Position numbers and translations under genes: made by a program
Notes under the pieces: generated by a model
Database searches by the model: none
What the model saw: only the letters and a program-made list of their open reading frames with translations
Told to the model about the DNA's origin: nothing
DNA from: an uncultured virus (IMG/VR IMGVR_UViG_3300027336_000062)
Taxonomy: Duplodnaviria; Heunggongvirae; Uroviricota; Caudoviricetes
Reading direction: 5' to 3' (one strand)
Virus record (IMG/VR): IMGVR_UViG_3300027336_000062
Length of the DNA: 64,000 bases
Part shown: positions 17,007 through 27,696 of the stretch, piece after piece
How the letters are laid out: every line of letters starts with the position of its first letter
Numbering within the stretch: the stretch's first letter is position 1

Positions 17007-19175
17007 ATGAACCAACTGAACAAGACTTCGGAAGTGGAAACACCCCCACTCACCAATTGGAAAAACGCTCCGACTCTGGCAAACCTGAAACAGGATTTGC
17101 TGGATGCTCAGTCGGTGCACGATGCACAGGAAACCAAAATCAGCGAATGGCTGGACAACCTGAATGTCACAGGTAAAGCCAAGATCCAGACAGCCAAAGG
17201 CAACTCTGCGATCGTTCCTAAGCTGATCCGCAAGCAAGCCGAGTGGCGTTATGCCTCTCTGAGCGAGCCGTTCCTCAGCACCGACGACATCTTCAACGTC
17301 AAGCCTGTGACCTGGGAGGATCGCAATGCGGCTCACCAGAATCAGCTGGTTTTGAACCACCAGTTCAACACGGCGATCGACAAGGTTCGGTTCATTGACG
17401 AGTACGTCCGTGCTGCGGTGGATGAGGGCACGGTGATCGTTCGGGTGGGCTGGGAGTTCATTGAAGAGGAGTACGTTGGCACCTTCCCCAAGGTCGAATT
17501 CAGGGTAAACCCTGAGTTGGCCCCATTGCATGAGCACCTCCACCAGATGATGGAGGAGTCTCCCAGCGAGTACGAAACGGATGTTCCCGAGGAACTGAAG
17601 CAGGCTCACGAGCTGACGATGGAGCAGGGTCAGCCGATCGAGCCAGTGATCATCGGTGAGGTCGAGGAGAAACGGATTCGAACGGTGGCCAATCGGCCGA
17701 CGCTGGAAGTCTGTGACTACCGCAACGTGATCATCGATCCTACCTGCATGGGTGACATCGAGAAGGCTGGCTTCGTGGTTTACAGCTTTGAGTCTTCGCT
17801 TTCCCAGCTGGAGAAGGAAGGCAAGAAGTACAAGAACCTGGACAAAATCAACATCTCGAACAGCTCGATCCTGGGTGTTCCGGACCACCATTCTTCGGAT
17901 GGTTCCAAGACCTTCAACTTCAGCGACGAGCCCCGCAAGAAGTTTGTGGTCTACGAGTACTGGGGCTACTGGGACATCGACGGCACCGGCATCGTCAAGC
18001 CATTTGTTGCCGCCTGGGTAGGGAATACCCTGATCCGTCTGGAAGAGAACCCTTTCCCCGACAAGAAGATCCCGTTTGTTGTCGAGCAGTACCTGCCTGT
18101 GCGCAAAAGCACGTATGGCGAGCCAGATGGCGCTCTGCTGGAAGACAACCAAAAGGTCATTGGTGCGGTCACTCGAGGAATGATCGACATCATGGGTAAG
18201 TCGGCCAATGGCCAGACCGGTATCCGCAAGGACATGCTGGATACGACCAACAAACGCAAGTTCGACAAGGGCCAGGACTACGAGTTCAATGCCAACGTCG
18301 ATCCTCGCCAGGGTGTGTTCATGCACACCTACCCTGAGATCCCTGCATCGGCTCAGTTCATGCTGGGTTTGCAGAATCAGGAAGCCGAATCGCTGACTGG
18401 GGTGAAGTCCTACTCGGCTGGCGTCTCTGGCGCTTCCCTGGGCGATGTGGCTGCAGGCGTTCGTGGTGCTCTGGACGCTGCTTCCAAGCGCGAGCTCGGC
18501 ATCCTGCGCCGGCTGTCGAACGGCATCATCAAGATCGGCCGCAAGATGATCAGCATGAACGCCGAGTTCTTGTCTGAGAAAGAGGTTGTCCGAGTCACCA
18601 ACGACGAATTTGCCGTGGTTCACAAGGACGATCTGCCTGGTCACTTCGATCTGCGCCTGTCGATCTCCACTGCAGAAGAGGACAACAACAAGGCTGAGCA
18701 GTTGGCTTTCCTTCTTCAGACCGTGGGTCCGAATTCAGACCCAGAAATGATGAAGATGATCCTGTCGGACATCGCCAAGCTGCGCAAAATGCCTGATTTG
18801 GCCAAGCGGATCGAGTCGTATCAGCCTCAACCTGACCCATTGGCTCAGGAAGAAGCCCAATTGCGCATCGAATTGCTCAAAGCACAGATTGCCAAAGAGA
18901 ATGCACTCGCAATGCAGCACCAATCTCAGGCTCAACTGGACATGGCCAAGGCTGGAACCGAGCAAGTCAAGCAAGGAAACATCCAATCCGACACCGACAT
19001 CAAGAATCTGGACTTTGTTGAACAGGAATCGGGTGTAAAACAGGAACGGGCCAAGGAATTGCACGGTGAACAGGCCAGAAGCCAAGCTCAATTGAAGCTT
19101 ATGGACCGCCAATTTGCGATAGAAGACCAAGATCGTGATCTTCTCAAAGAGTACTTGCTGAAAAAGAACCAATAA
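17007..19175 (+). CDS. Portal protein (N4 gp59-like)
   Basis: 722 aa; PKLIRKQAEWRY..LSEPF, VDEGTVIVRVGW, EAESLTGVK. Confidence 0.93.
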   Translation: MNQLNKTSEVETPPLTNWKNAPTLANLKQDLLDAQSVHDAQETKISEWLDNLNVTGKAKIQTAKGNSAIVPKLIRKQAEWRYASLSEPFLSTDDIFNVKPVTWEDRNAAHQNQLVLNHQFNTAIDKVRFIDEYVRAAVDEGTVIVRVGWEFIEEEYVGTFPKVEFRVNPELAPLHEHLHQMMEESPSEYETDVPEELKQAHELTMEQGQPIEPVIIGEVEEKRIRTVANRPTLEVCDYRNVIIDPTCMGDIEKAGFVVYSFESSLSQLEKEGKKYKNLDKINISNSSILGVPDHHSSDGSKTFNFSDEPRKKFVVYEYWGYWDIDGTGIVKPFVAAWVGNTLIRLEENPFPDKKIPFVVEQYLPVRKSTYGEPDGALLEDNQKVIGAVTRGMIDIMGKSANGQTGIRKDMLDTTNKRKFDKGQDYEFNANVDPRQGVFMHTYPEIPASAQFMLGLQNQEAESLTGVKSYSAGVSGASLGDVAAGVRGALDAASKRELGILRRLSNGIIKIGRKMISMNAEFLSEKEVVRVTNDEFAVVHKDDLPGHFDLRLSISTAEEDNNKAEQLAFLLQTVGPNSDPEMMKMILSDIAKLRKMPDLAKRIESYQPQPDPLAQEEAQLRIELLKAQIAKENALAMQHQSQAQLDMAKAGTEQVKQGNIQSDTDIKNLDFVEQESGVKQERAKELHGEQARSQAQLKLMDRQFAIEDQDRDLLKEYLLKKNQ

Positions 19176-19248
19176 ATGCTTTACATTACGGGCTTGAAGC
19201 ACTTAGGTGCTTCAAACTCTATTAACTTCAGAAAGCACTGGTAGACCC

Positions 19249-19596
19249 ATGAGTAACGCAACAATCCAAGCGATTGAAGACAACATTCGGCAGGCACGAA
19301 AGATCGTTGAAGTTGGAGAGGCGCTTGAGCGACTCAAGAACAACAAGGATTTCAAGAAGGTCATGATTGAAGGCTACTTCGAACAAGAAGCCATTCGACT
19401 GGTTCACCTGAAATCGGATCAGAACGTCCAAAGCCCTGACATGCAGAAATCGATCAACGCTCAAATCGACGCCATTGGTGCCGTGAGCCAGTATTTCAGC
19501 ACCGTCCTTCACAAAGCCTCGATTGCCCGTAAAGCCATCACTTCGGATGAAGAAGCCCGTGACGAAATCCTCGAAGAGGAGTTGAACAATGGCTGA
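19249..19596 (+). CDS. N4 gp58-like protein
   Basis: ALERL..N.DFKKV..EGYF; synteny after the portal. Confidence 0.8.
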   Translation: MSNATIQAIEDNIRQARKIVEVGEALERLKNNKDFKKVMIEGYFEQEAIRLVHLKSDQNVQSPDMQKSINAQIDAIGAVSQYFSTVLHKASIARKAITSDEEARDEILEEELNNG

Positions 19597-20773
19597 TCCA
19601 ACCACCGAAGCCGTCCAACCCTCCTACCTGGAGATGTCGGACGAGGAGATCATGAACAGCTCTTTCCCTGCAGAAGTTCCTGCAGCGCCAGCTGAAGAAG
19701 TGGTCGATGAAGCTGAAGACGAGCCTGCGGAAACTCCAGCTGCTGAAGCTGAAGCACCCGAGGCGACGGACGCTGACGATGAGGACGCCGGTACGGCGGC
19801 TGAAGAGGAAGCGGACGAAGCCGACGAGAACAAAGAAACACCGGAAGCAGAAGCGGAAGCTCCTGAATCTGATACCAAGAAGAAAACGGAAGAGAAAGCT
19901 GACGAGTCGGAGAAGAAACCTGATGAAGCAGCTGTCGATTTCGAAGCAGAGTACAAGCGTCTTCTGACTCCCTTCAAGGCAAACGGACGAGAGATCGCCG
20001 TCAAGAGCGTCGATGATGCAATTGCCTTGATGCAGATGGGAGCCAACTACAACAAGAAGATGGCTGCTCTGAAACCGAATCTGAAGCTCATGAAGATGTT
20101 GGAAAACAACGGTCTTCTGAGTGAGGATAAGATTGGCTTTTTGATTGACCTGGAAAAGAAAAACCCAGCGGCGATCAACAAGCTGGTCAAGGACAGCGGC
20201 ATCGATCCTATGGATCTTGACGCTGAAAAAGCAAGCGGATATAAGCAGACTGCTTACACTGTTGATGACCGCGAGATTGAGCTGGATACGGTGCTGGATG
20301 AAATCCAGGGAACACCTTCGTACAACCGGACGCTCGAAATTGTTAGCACTAAGTGGGATGCGGCAAGTAAACAGGTAATCGCTGGATCACCTCAACTGCT
20401 GAAAGTCATCAATGGCCATGTTGAAAGTGGTATTTACGACCTGATCAGCAAAGAGATGGAAAGCGAGCGCGTGTTTGGTCGCTTGAATGGTTTGTCAGAC
20501 ATCGAAGCCTATCGGCAAGTCGGTGATGCTCTCAACGCAAAGGGTGCGTTTAACTCGTTGGCTCAGGGTAGCTCCCCGACTCAACAGAAACCAGCTACCC
20601 AGCCTGTTGTGGTCACTCCGAAACCAAAGGTCGAAGACGACAAGCTGAAAGACAAACGGCGAGCTGCAAGCTCCACGAAGCCGGCTGCGCCTGCATCCGT
20701 ACCCAAGGATTTCAACCCCTTGGCTCTGTCGGATGAAGAGTTCACGAAGCTGGTTAACAAACAATTTCTGTAA
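19589..20773 (+). CDS. N4 gp57-like protein (probable scaffold)
   Basis: Acidic N-terminus, PFKANG...LMQMGANY.KKM, terminal LSDEEF; just before the MCP. Confidence 0.85.
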   Translation: MADPTTEAVQPSYLEMSDEEIMNSSFPAEVPAAPAEEVVDEAEDEPAETPAAEAEAPEATDADDEDAGTAAEEEADEADENKETPEAEAEAPESDTKKKTEEKADESEKKPDEAAVDFEAEYKRLLTPFKANGREIAVKSVDDAIALMQMGANYNKKMAALKPNLKLMKMLENNGLLSEDKIGFLIDLEKKNPAAINKLVKDSGIDPMDLDAEKASGYKQTAYTVDDREIELDTVLDEIQGTPSYNRTLEIVSTKWDAASKQVIAGSPQLLKVINGHVESGIYDLISKEMESERVFGRLNGLSDIEAYRQVGDALNAKGAFNSLAQGSSPTQQKPATQPVVVTPKPKVEDDKLKDKRRAASSTKPAAPASVPKDFNPLALSDEEFTKLVNKQFL

Positions 20774-20791
20774 ACACGAAGGATCACTACC

Positions 20792-21955
20792 ATGTCCATG
20801 CAATACAAAAACCCTCCTACCACCGCTTCGAGCGCTGGTCCTCAAATCAACACCCAGTACTACGAAAAGAAGGCCCTCATTGAGGCCCAAAAAGAGCAGT
20901 ACTTCACCCAGCTGGCTGACGTTGCTTCCATGCCCAAGAACATGGGCAAGAAGATCAAGCGTTACCACTACCTGCCTCTGCTCGATGACGCCAACATCAA
21001 CGACCAGGGTATCGACGCTTCGGGCGCAACCATCGCCAACGGTAACCTCTATGGTTCCAGCAAAGACATCGGCACCATCAGCGGCAAGATGCCTGCTCTG
21101 AGCGAGACCGGTGGTCGCGTAAACCGTGTTGGTTTCAAGCGTAAAGAGATCGAAGGCACTCTGGAGAAGTTTGGCTTCTTCGACGAGTACACCCAAGAGT
21201 CTTTGGACTTCGACACCGACGCGGATCTGATGATGCACATCAACCGCGAGATGATCATGGGTGCCAACGAGATCACCGAAGACGCTCTGCAGATCGACTT
21301 GCTGAACGCCGCTGGTGTGATCAAGTACGCCGGTAACGCTACGTCGAACGCCACCATCGGTGCCGACGACATCGTGACCTACAGCGATCTGATGCGCTTG
21401 TCGATTGACCTCGACAACAACCGCACTCCCAAGCACACCAAGGTGATCACTGGTTCGCGCATGGTCGACACCAAGACCATTCCTTCCGCCCGTGTTGCCT
21501 ACATCGGCTCTGAGTTGCTGCCTACCTTCAAAGCCATGAAGGATCTGCACAACAACGCCGCCTTCATCAGCGTTGAGAAGTACGCCGCTGGCGGTACGAC
21601 TCTGGTTGGTGAAGTTGGTTCTGTCGATCAGTTCCGCCTGGTGGTGGTGCCTGAGATGATGAAGTGGGCCGGTGCTGGTGTGGCTGACGCTACCAACGCC
21701 ACCTACGAAACCAACGGTCTGTGCGATGTGTTCCCGATCCTCGTGGTTGGTGACGAGTCGTTCACTACCATCGGTTTCCAAACCGATGGCAAGAGCGTGA
21801 AGTTCAAGATCACCCACAAGGCTCCTGGCGAGGCTACTGCCGACCGCACTGATCCTTACGGTGAGACCGGCTTCATGTCGATCAAGTGGTACTACGGTTT
21901 CATGGCTCTGCGTCCTGAGCGCATCGCCTTGATCAAGACCGCTGCCAAGCTGTAA
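20792..21955 (+). CDS. Major capsid protein (N4 gp56-like)
   Basis: YF.QLAD...[52 protein letters not shown]; strong codon bias. Confidence 0.96.
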   Translation: MSMQYKNPPTTASSAGPQINTQYYEKKALIEAQKEQYFTQLADVASMPKNMGKKIKRYHYLPLLDDANINDQGIDASGATIANGNLYGSSKDIGTISGKMPALSETGGRVNRVGFKRKEIEGTLEKFGFFDEYTQESLDFDTDADLMMHINREMIMGANEITEDALQIDLLNAAGVIKYAGNATSNATIGADDIVTYSDLMRLSIDLDNNRTPKHTKVITGSRMVDTKTIPSARVAYIGSELLPTFKAMKDLHNNAAFISVEKYAAGGTTLVGEVGSVDQFRLVVVPEMMKWAGAGVADATNATYETNGLCDVFPILVVGDESFTTIGFQTDGKSVKFKITHKAPGEATADRTDPYGETGFMSIKWYYGFMALRPERIALIKTAAKL

Positions 21956-21968
21956 TCAGCAAACGAGT

Positions 21969-21994
21969 GGGGATGATCTGAAAGGGTCATCCCC
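21969..21994 (+). terminator. Hairpin (terminator or stabiliser) after the MCP
   Basis: GGGGATGATCT-GAAA-GGGTCATCCCC; weak U tail. Confidence 0.6.
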
Positions 21995-22018
21995 CTTCCC
22001 ATAAACCAAGGAACCGCA

Positions 22019-22576
22019 ATGTCATCCGATACCGACGAAATCCTGACTCAAGACGAGTTGACCACCCTCAAAGCCCGTGCAGATCTGCTCGGCATCACCT
22101 ATCACCCCTCGATTGGATTGGAGAAACTCCGTGAAAAAATCAATGCCGCAACCTCCGATGAAGTCCCCCAAGCCAATGCCGGCCAAGCCAGCCCCCAAGA
22201 AGAAAATGTGAATCAGAAGCGTGCACGCCTGAAGAAGGAAGCCCTCGAGCTGGTGCGTATTCGTGTGACTTGCATGAATCCGGCCAAAGCTGAGTGGGAA
22301 GGTGAGATCTTCACCGTTGGCAACTCTGCCATTGGTTCCGTCACCAAGTACGTGCCGTTCAACGCCGATGCTGGTTGGCATGTGCCCCGCATCATCTACC
22401 AACAGCTTGCTGAGCGTCAGTGCCAGATCTTCACTACGGTGACTGATTCCCGTGGCAACAAGAGCCGCAAAGGCAAGCTGATCCGTGAGTTCGCAATCGA
22501 AGTGATGCCTCCTCTGACTCCAGAGGAATTGCGTGATCTGGCTCAACGCCAGGCCATGGCCAAAGCCATCGATTAA
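22019..22576 (+). CDS. N4 gp55-like protein
   Basis: LKARADLLGI.YHP.IGLEKL, LVRIRVTCMNP.K, LPPLT.EEL..LA..Q-type end. Confidence 0.85.
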   Translation: MSSDTDEILTQDELTTLKARADLLGITYHPSIGLEKLREKINAATSDEVPQANAGQASPQEENVNQKRARLKKEALELVRIRVTCMNPAKAEWEGEIFTVGNSAIGSVTKYVPFNADAGWHVPRIIYQQLAERQCQIFTTVTDSRGNKSRKGKLIREFAIEVMPPLTPEELRDLAQRQAMAKAID

Positions 22577-22601
22577 GTAGCACCCAAGCCTGGATAGACC
22601 T

Positions 22602-23543
22602 ATGACCACTATTGCAGTAACAGACCTGACCGCAGCCACCCTCGAAGGTACGGGTGTCTTTGATGTTCTGATGCGAGCCAACAAGGCTCACCTTGAAGCC
22701 GAGTTCAACAAGAACCGCATCAAGGGTGCAGAGTACGCCACGGTCTATCTGGGCTCATTGACCCAAGTGATGCAGACTGCTCTGCAGTTCCTACTCACCA
22801 AAGAGAAGACCGATCTCGAAGCCCAGCTGCTTGAAAAGCAGATCCTGTTGGCTCAGAAACAGATCGACAAAGCCACCGCTGAACTGACTCAGATCGCTGC
22901 ACAGACCGAGCTGATCAATCAGCAGAAGGCGAACCTCATTGCCGAAGCAGCCAACATCCCCAAGCAAGGTTTGGTGTTGGATGCTCAGAAACTTCAGATC
23001 ACCCAGCAGACAACCAACCTGCTGGCCGAGAGCCTGAACATCCCCAAGCAGGGTTTGCTGATCGACGCCAACAAGGCACAGGTCACTCAGCAGACCGAGA
23101 ACCTGGTCTCCACCAAGCTCCAGGTCGAAGCCCAGACGCTGCTGATCAACCAGCAGAAGGCCAATGCCATTATCGAAGGCACTGTGCTGGTGGCTCAGGA
23201 ATGCAAGCTGCGTGCTGAGTTCGATCTCATCACAAGCAACACCGTCAAGTCGTCTCAAGAAACTGCGTTGCTGACCCAGAAGGTAGTCACTGAGCGTGCT
23301 CAGGTCACTGCCATGGGCGTGGATGACAACAGCGTGGTCGGTAAGCAGAAGCTGCTCTACCAGGCCCAGACCGATGGCTTCAAGCGAGACGCGGAACAGA
23401 AAGCCGCCAAGCTGATGATCGACACCTGGAACGTGAGACGCACCACAGACTCTGACAACACATCTGCAACCAGCACCAACAAGTTGAGCGATGTGGATGT
23501 CGGTTCTGCAGTCGCCAAGATGTTGGCAGGTGTAGGGGTCTAA
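22602..23543 (+). CDS. N4 gp54-like virion structural protein
   Basis: GTGVFD.LM, RI.GAEYA.VY, internal coiled-coil repeats (NIPKQG x2), GKQK.LY..Q...F.RDAE.KAAK. Confidence 0.85.
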   Translation: MTTIAVTDLTAATLEGTGVFDVLMRANKAHLEAEFNKNRIKGAEYATVYLGSLTQVMQTALQFLLTKEKTDLEAQLLEKQILLAQKQIDKATAELTQIAAQTELINQQKANLIAEAANIPKQGLVLDAQKLQITQQTTNLLAESLNIPKQGLLIDANKAQVTQQTENLVSTKLQVEAQTLLINQQKANAIIEGTVLVAQECKLRAEFDLITSNTVKSSQETALLTQKVVTERAQVTAMGVDDNSVVGKQKLLYQAQTDGFKRDAEQKAAKLMIDTWNVRRTTDSDNTSATSTNKLSDVDVGSAVAKMLAGVGV

Positions 23544-23560
23544 GCCAACACCAAGCCAAC

Positions 23561-23586
23561 AGGGGAGCCTAGTGCTCCCCTTTTTC
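23561..23586 (+). terminator. Rho-independent terminator
   Basis: AGGGGAGC-CTAGT-GCTCCCCT-TTTT. Confidence 0.8.
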
Positions 23587-23608
23587 ATATCAGGAGTCAG
23601 GACACAAC

Positions 23609-25813
23609 ATGGGACTTTTCAGTAGCAAATATGTGACCCAGGTTGGTACGTCTGTGACTCGGGTCATGGAAGACGACGCGCTTCCAAACGCCATCAAGAC
23701 AGGTTCTCTTAAAGCGTTCTTCAGAGAAGGTGAGCTGACCGAGTACGTGATGGAAGAGCTGGCATCCAGCATTGGTGTTCGTGCCGAGCGGATGTACGAC
23801 TACGCAGAGAACCACTACGTCCATGGTTTGCCTTCAGGCGAGATCTACTCAGCAACCCAGGGCAGGGCACAGGTAGAGGCCATCATCGAAGCTGCAGAGG
23901 GTCAGCAAGTTCTGATGAAGTACTCCAACTTCGGGCCACCCAACACCTTGCACATCGGCTGGATGAAGCTCATCAGCCAGTACGGCTACAACACCGTCAC
24001 CAATGAGCTGGCTACGTTGTCTGCTCAAAAGGGCAAGACCGTCTACCTGGAAGACATGGTGGTCGTGGTTCCAGAGAGTCAATTCGACACGCTGGAATCG
24101 AGTGCTCTTGAGCTCTGGGGTACGTCACCTACGGCCGGCTACACGCCCAAACGAACGCTGAACATCAATGGCTTGGGTGAGCGATCGGTCTTCTCCCCAA
24201 TCGTCAAAAGCGCGACTGCTATCGAAGTGCAGCTCAAGGTGACGTATGTGTGGGAAACCACTCCCAACAATTTCAGCACCGAATCGCTGACCATTTCGAT
24301 TGCTGAATACGATCCTGCGGTTGACTACTTCCATGCAAAGTACGAAGTGAACGGTCAGCCCAAATACTGGATCTACGAGAACGACACCGGCACCTATCCA
24401 ACCTTGGATGCAGTGTTCACTGAACAACCTGCTGTGTCTGGCTCGTATTTCCCGTTTGCCTACTTCCGGTACAACAAGCAGTCGGTGATCCAGGACAAGA
24501 CAACCGATGCCTACAAGACCTCGAAGAAGATGGTCGAGTACATCGGAATGGACTACGACATGATGGCTGAGACCATCAACGAGAACCCTGACATCGCTGA
24601 TGTCGAGCAAGCCATGCTGGTCATGGCAGTGCCTGCAGTCTCCACCGACAAGATCGAGTGCCAATACCTGTTCGATTACTTCGACACCCTGCATTACGAC
24701 ATGGATGGTGGAACGTCTGCTGCCGTTTCGAATGTTGGTTCAAGGGTTTTCAGGAGAGCTTCTGAAAGCCGGTCGATTGTCATCAAGGACAAGCAGTTCA
24801 AGATGGCGCTTCAGAACACCGGCATCTACAAGCGCTTGGTAGCCGGGACGATTGGTTCTGTCGGCACCTGCACCAGTGCCTATGTAACGACATCGGAAGA
24901 AAGAGAAGTCGTTGATCAAGAGACTGGTCTTGTGTCTTCGGTGTCGGTGCCAAACAAACGGCATGTCTACAAGAAGCAGATTGCACCTGGCTTGTGTGAA
25001 GAGATCACGGTCACAGATCTGAGGATGGTGTACTGGATCTTTGGTGAGTACACGACCACGGGTGATGAGAACGACGACATTCTCCTGATCCCGATCGACA
25101 GGACTATTTCAAGACGTTATCCGATGGGAGAACGTGAGCATTTGTATGCTCGGTCATTGCACTTCGTTTTCAACAGCCGGGTGGTCACGAAGGTCAAGTG
25201 GTATCAGACCGGTGTGTTCAAAGCCATCCTGATCATCGCTGCAGCGATCATGTCGCTGTATGACGGTGGCTGGACTCTGGCAACGATTCTTACGACGGCA
25301 GGTATCCAGGCATTGATTGTCACCATCATCGTGACGATGGTTGTTGGTGAGATCTTTGCAACTGTCTTTAAGCTGTTTGTCAAAGTCTTTGGTGCTGACG
25401 TTGCAATGGTGCTGGCCATTGTTGCCGTGCTGTATGGCGGCTACCAGATGATTCAGCATGGCTCGATCGCTGGTGCACCGTTTGCATCTGAGTTGTTGAT
25501 GCTGTCTTCTGGTTTATCTCAAGCAGCACTGAGCGCCAAGATGAATGATCTGATGGGCGAAGCAGAAGCCTTTCGTTTGCTGGCTGAAGAAAAAACTGAA
25601 TTGTTGGATAAAGCAGAAGATCTGCTGGACAACACTTCGTTTCTAAGTCCATTTGTGATCTTTGGCGAGAAGCCAGAAGACTTTTATAATCGGACTGTGC
25701 ATTCCGGTAACATCGGAATAGTGGGTATCAATGCAATCTCCTATTACGTGGACATCGCACTCACCCTTCCCAAATTGAATGACACGTTAGGAGAAGAAAT
25801 CTATGCCACCTAA
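23609..25813 (+). CDS. N4 gp53-like protein
   Basis: MGLFS start, KVKWYQTG.F followed by several hydrophobic helices, terminal LTLP; synteny. Confidence 0.82.
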   Translation: MGLFSSKYVTQVGTSVTRVMEDDALPNAIKTGSLKAFFREGELTEYVMEELASSIGVRAERMYDYAENHYVHGLPSGEIYSATQGRAQVEAIIEAAEGQQVLMKYSNFGPPNTLHIGWMKLISQYGYNTVTNELATLSAQKGKTVYLEDMVVVVPESQFDTLESSALELWGTSPTAGYTPKRTLNINGLGERSVFSPIVKSATAIEVQLKVTYVWETTPNNFSTESLTISIAEYDPAVDYFHAKYEVNGQPKYWIYENDTGTYPTLDAVFTEQPAVSGSYFPFAYFRYNKQSVIQDKTTDAYKTSKKMVEYIGMDYDMMAETINENPDIADVEQAMLVMAVPAVSTDKIECQYLFDYFDTLHYDMDGGTSAAVSNVGSRVFRRASESRSIVIKDKQFKMALQNTGIYKRLVAGTIGSVGTCTSAYVTTSEEREVVDQETGLVSSVSVPNKRHVYKKQIAPGLCEEITVTDLRMVYWIFGEYTTTGDENDDILLIPIDRTISRRYPMGEREHLYARSLHFVFNSRVVTKVKWYQTGVFKAILIIAAAIMSLYDGGWTLATILTTAGIQALIVTIIVTMVVGEIFATVFKLFVKVFGADVAMVLAIVAVLYGGYQMIQHGSIAGAPFASELLMLSSGLSQAALSAKMNDLMGEAEAFRLLAEEKTELLDKAEDLLDNTSFLSPFVIFGEKPEDFYNRTVHSGNIGIVGINAISYYVDIALTLPKLNDTLGEEIYAT

Positions 25814-26375
25814 TTACATGAGCATGTCTGGCTATGGCCAGGGCTATCAACCTTTGGCCCCATTTGCCTTGACGCAACCTCAAGCGCTTCCTTTGACCCA
25901 ACCAGGTGGCTTTCCCAGCTGGATGCCTGAGCCTGTTGCACCCGTTCAGCGGTCTTTTGCTACCGCTGCAGCAGTTGCTCCGGCGTTTAACTACGAGACG
26001 GACATGGCTGGCTTGATGCCTACGTCAACGCCTTTGGGTGGTACTGATCTGAGCAACGCTCAAATACTGCAGTCTGTAAATGCTCCCGGAAGCGGAAGCA
26101 TGTGGGACAGGTTCTTTAACACTCGAGACCAACAGGGTTGGGGTGGACTGGCTTTGCAGGGTGCCTCGTCTTTGGCCAACCTGTACATGGGCATGAAGCA
26201 GTACGGCCTTGCCAAAGATCAGTTGGCCTTCCAGAAGGACTCGTTCAACAAGCAGTACGACGCCAACAAGTCTTTGACTAACTCCCGGCTGGAAGATCGT
26301 CAAGCACGCCGTGTGCTTGAAAATCCAAACGCTACGGGCGTGGCTGACTACATGGCAAAGTGGGGAGTCAAGTAA
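25803..26375 (+). CDS. N4 gp52-like small ejection/virion protein
   Basis: GLA..GASSLANLY.GMKQYGLAKDQL...TNSRLEDRQ.RR; synteny. Confidence 0.78.
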   Translation: MPPNYMSMSGYGQGYQPLAPFALTQPQALPLTQPGGFPSWMPEPVAPVQRSFATAAAVAPAFNYETDMAGLMPTSTPLGGTDLSNAQILQSVNAPGSGSMWDRFFNTRDQQGWGGLALQGASSLANLYMGMKQYGLAKDQLAFQKDSFNKQYDANKSLTNSRLEDRQARRVLENPNATGVADYMAKWGVK

Positions 26376-27652
26376 TGGCCCAACCCATCACATGGCAGAC
26401 CATCAACGCACCCAGCTTCGGTGAAGCCAACCGCCTTATGGGCTTGGCCCAGCAGTCGATTCTGGGTGCTTTTGATAATGGCAAGACTGCGTTGGCAGAT
26501 GCACAGGCCTTTGACAAAGAGCTGTGGAAGCGTCAGGACCAGCAAGCAACCCAAGATGTTCTGGGCAAAATCTATCAGGCTCAGACCGTTGATCAGATGA
26601 ATGCCTTGAACCAGTCAGGAGTACTGGATCAAGCAACTGCTGCCAATGGTGCTGTGATTGATCGTGCTGCTGTCAACGCTATCCGAGACGGCCGACCTGA
26701 ATTGCTTCAGACCCGTGCAAAGCAAGCAGGTGAGTTTACCGACTGGACCACGACCCGTGAGCAACGTCCAATCGTCAACGGGATCATGACGGACATCTAC
26801 AGCGGAAAGACAGATCAAGCGCAAGCAGCGCTTGCTGCCAATCCCAACCTGATGAATGCACCGGAGATCCAAAAGGCCCTGACTGACTACAAGCGAAAGC
26901 TTGTGACCCAAGGTTATGAAGACACCCGATTTACGTGGGACGACCAGGCTCAAAAGTGGAAAGCCGCTGACGCTGCACAGAAAGAGGTCATGCGTCCGTT
27001 TGAACCACTGAAAGCACAAAGTGAGCTGGATACAGCCGCACAACAACGTGAAGCGTCAAAGGCTCAAGCAGATCTGGCAAGAGCTCAAGCAAATAAGATT
27101 GATGCAGACGCCAAAGCAGCTGCCAATGCCAACACACCTGGAAGCCTGATCGATTCCCGCTACAAAGAGCTGGTTGCCAACGGGCCATGGGACAAAGGCA
27201 CGCTCGATACTGCAGAAGGCAAGAACGCTTTTCTGGACGGGCTCAAAAAAATGGGCCTGCCCTCTGCTGCAGTCGATGACGTTGTTGCTCAGGTATACAA
27301 GTACTACGGCAAAGGTGCTGTAGTTGGCTTTGATGAAAAAGGCCAGCCGATCCGTGCACCTCTGGGTGTATCGACTGCGTTGCAAGCAGTGGGTGAGGCT
27401 GGTAGCAACACAATGGTTGACAGTCTCTTTGGCTGGAGTCGTCGGGGCGATCAGACTGCCAATGCGTTGGACAAGATGTTTGGTGTCTACTCGACTGGCG
27501 AAAAGAACCCTGGATGGCAAGCCACGAAGGACAACGAACTGATCCAGAAGATGCAGGCCACTCTTGCCTTGCGCAATCAGCGTGAAAAAGTGCTGGCTAC
27601 TCCTCCTGAGCAAGTCAATTACAACGGCAAGAACCCAAAAAAGCAGAAGTGA
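26375..27652 (+). CDS. N4 gp51-position ejection protein (0-frame product, 425 aa)
   Basis: MAQPITWQTI start, Ala/Gln-rich, no Cys; between gp52 and vRNAP; TAATG coupling. Confidence 0.78.
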   Translation: MAQPITWQTINAPSFGEANRLMGLAQQSILGAFDNGKTALADAQAFDKELWKRQDQQATQDVLGKIYQAQTVDQMNALNQSGVLDQATAANGAVIDRAAVNAIRDGRPELLQTRAKQAGEFTDWTTTREQRPIVNGIMTDIYSGKTDQAQAALAANPNLMNAPEIQKALTDYKRKLVTQGYEDTRFTWDDQAQKWKAADAAQKEVMRPFEPLKAQSELDTAAQQREASKAQADLARAQANKIDADAKAAANANTPGSLIDSRYKELVANGPWDKGTLDTAEGKNAFLDGLKKMGLPSAAVDDVVAQVYKYYGKGAVVGFDEKGQPIRAPLGVSTALQAVGEAGSNTMVDSLFGWSRRGDQTANALDKMFGVYSTGEKNPGWQATKDNELIQKMQATLALRNQREKVLATPPEQVNYNGKNPKKQK

Positions 27653-27696
27653 CGGCACAACCACCGGCCCCAGTTGAGTCTGGGGCGGTGCCGTCA
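27637..27696 (+). promoter_or_regulatory. Candidate -1 programmed ribosomal frameshift signal
   Basis: A_AAA_AAG in the correct phase (27637-27643), 6-nt spacer, stem TGACGGCAC/GTGCCGTCA enclosing GCCCCAG-TTGAGT-CTGGGGC. Confidence 0.7.

Noticed and set aside
17001..18644. 547-aa antisense ORF over the portal (also 20495-21817 over the MCP, 22791-23588, 15502-16305, 7204-7956 and others)
   Set aside because: Shadow ORFs caused by strong codon bias of the sense genes; no motifs or RBS
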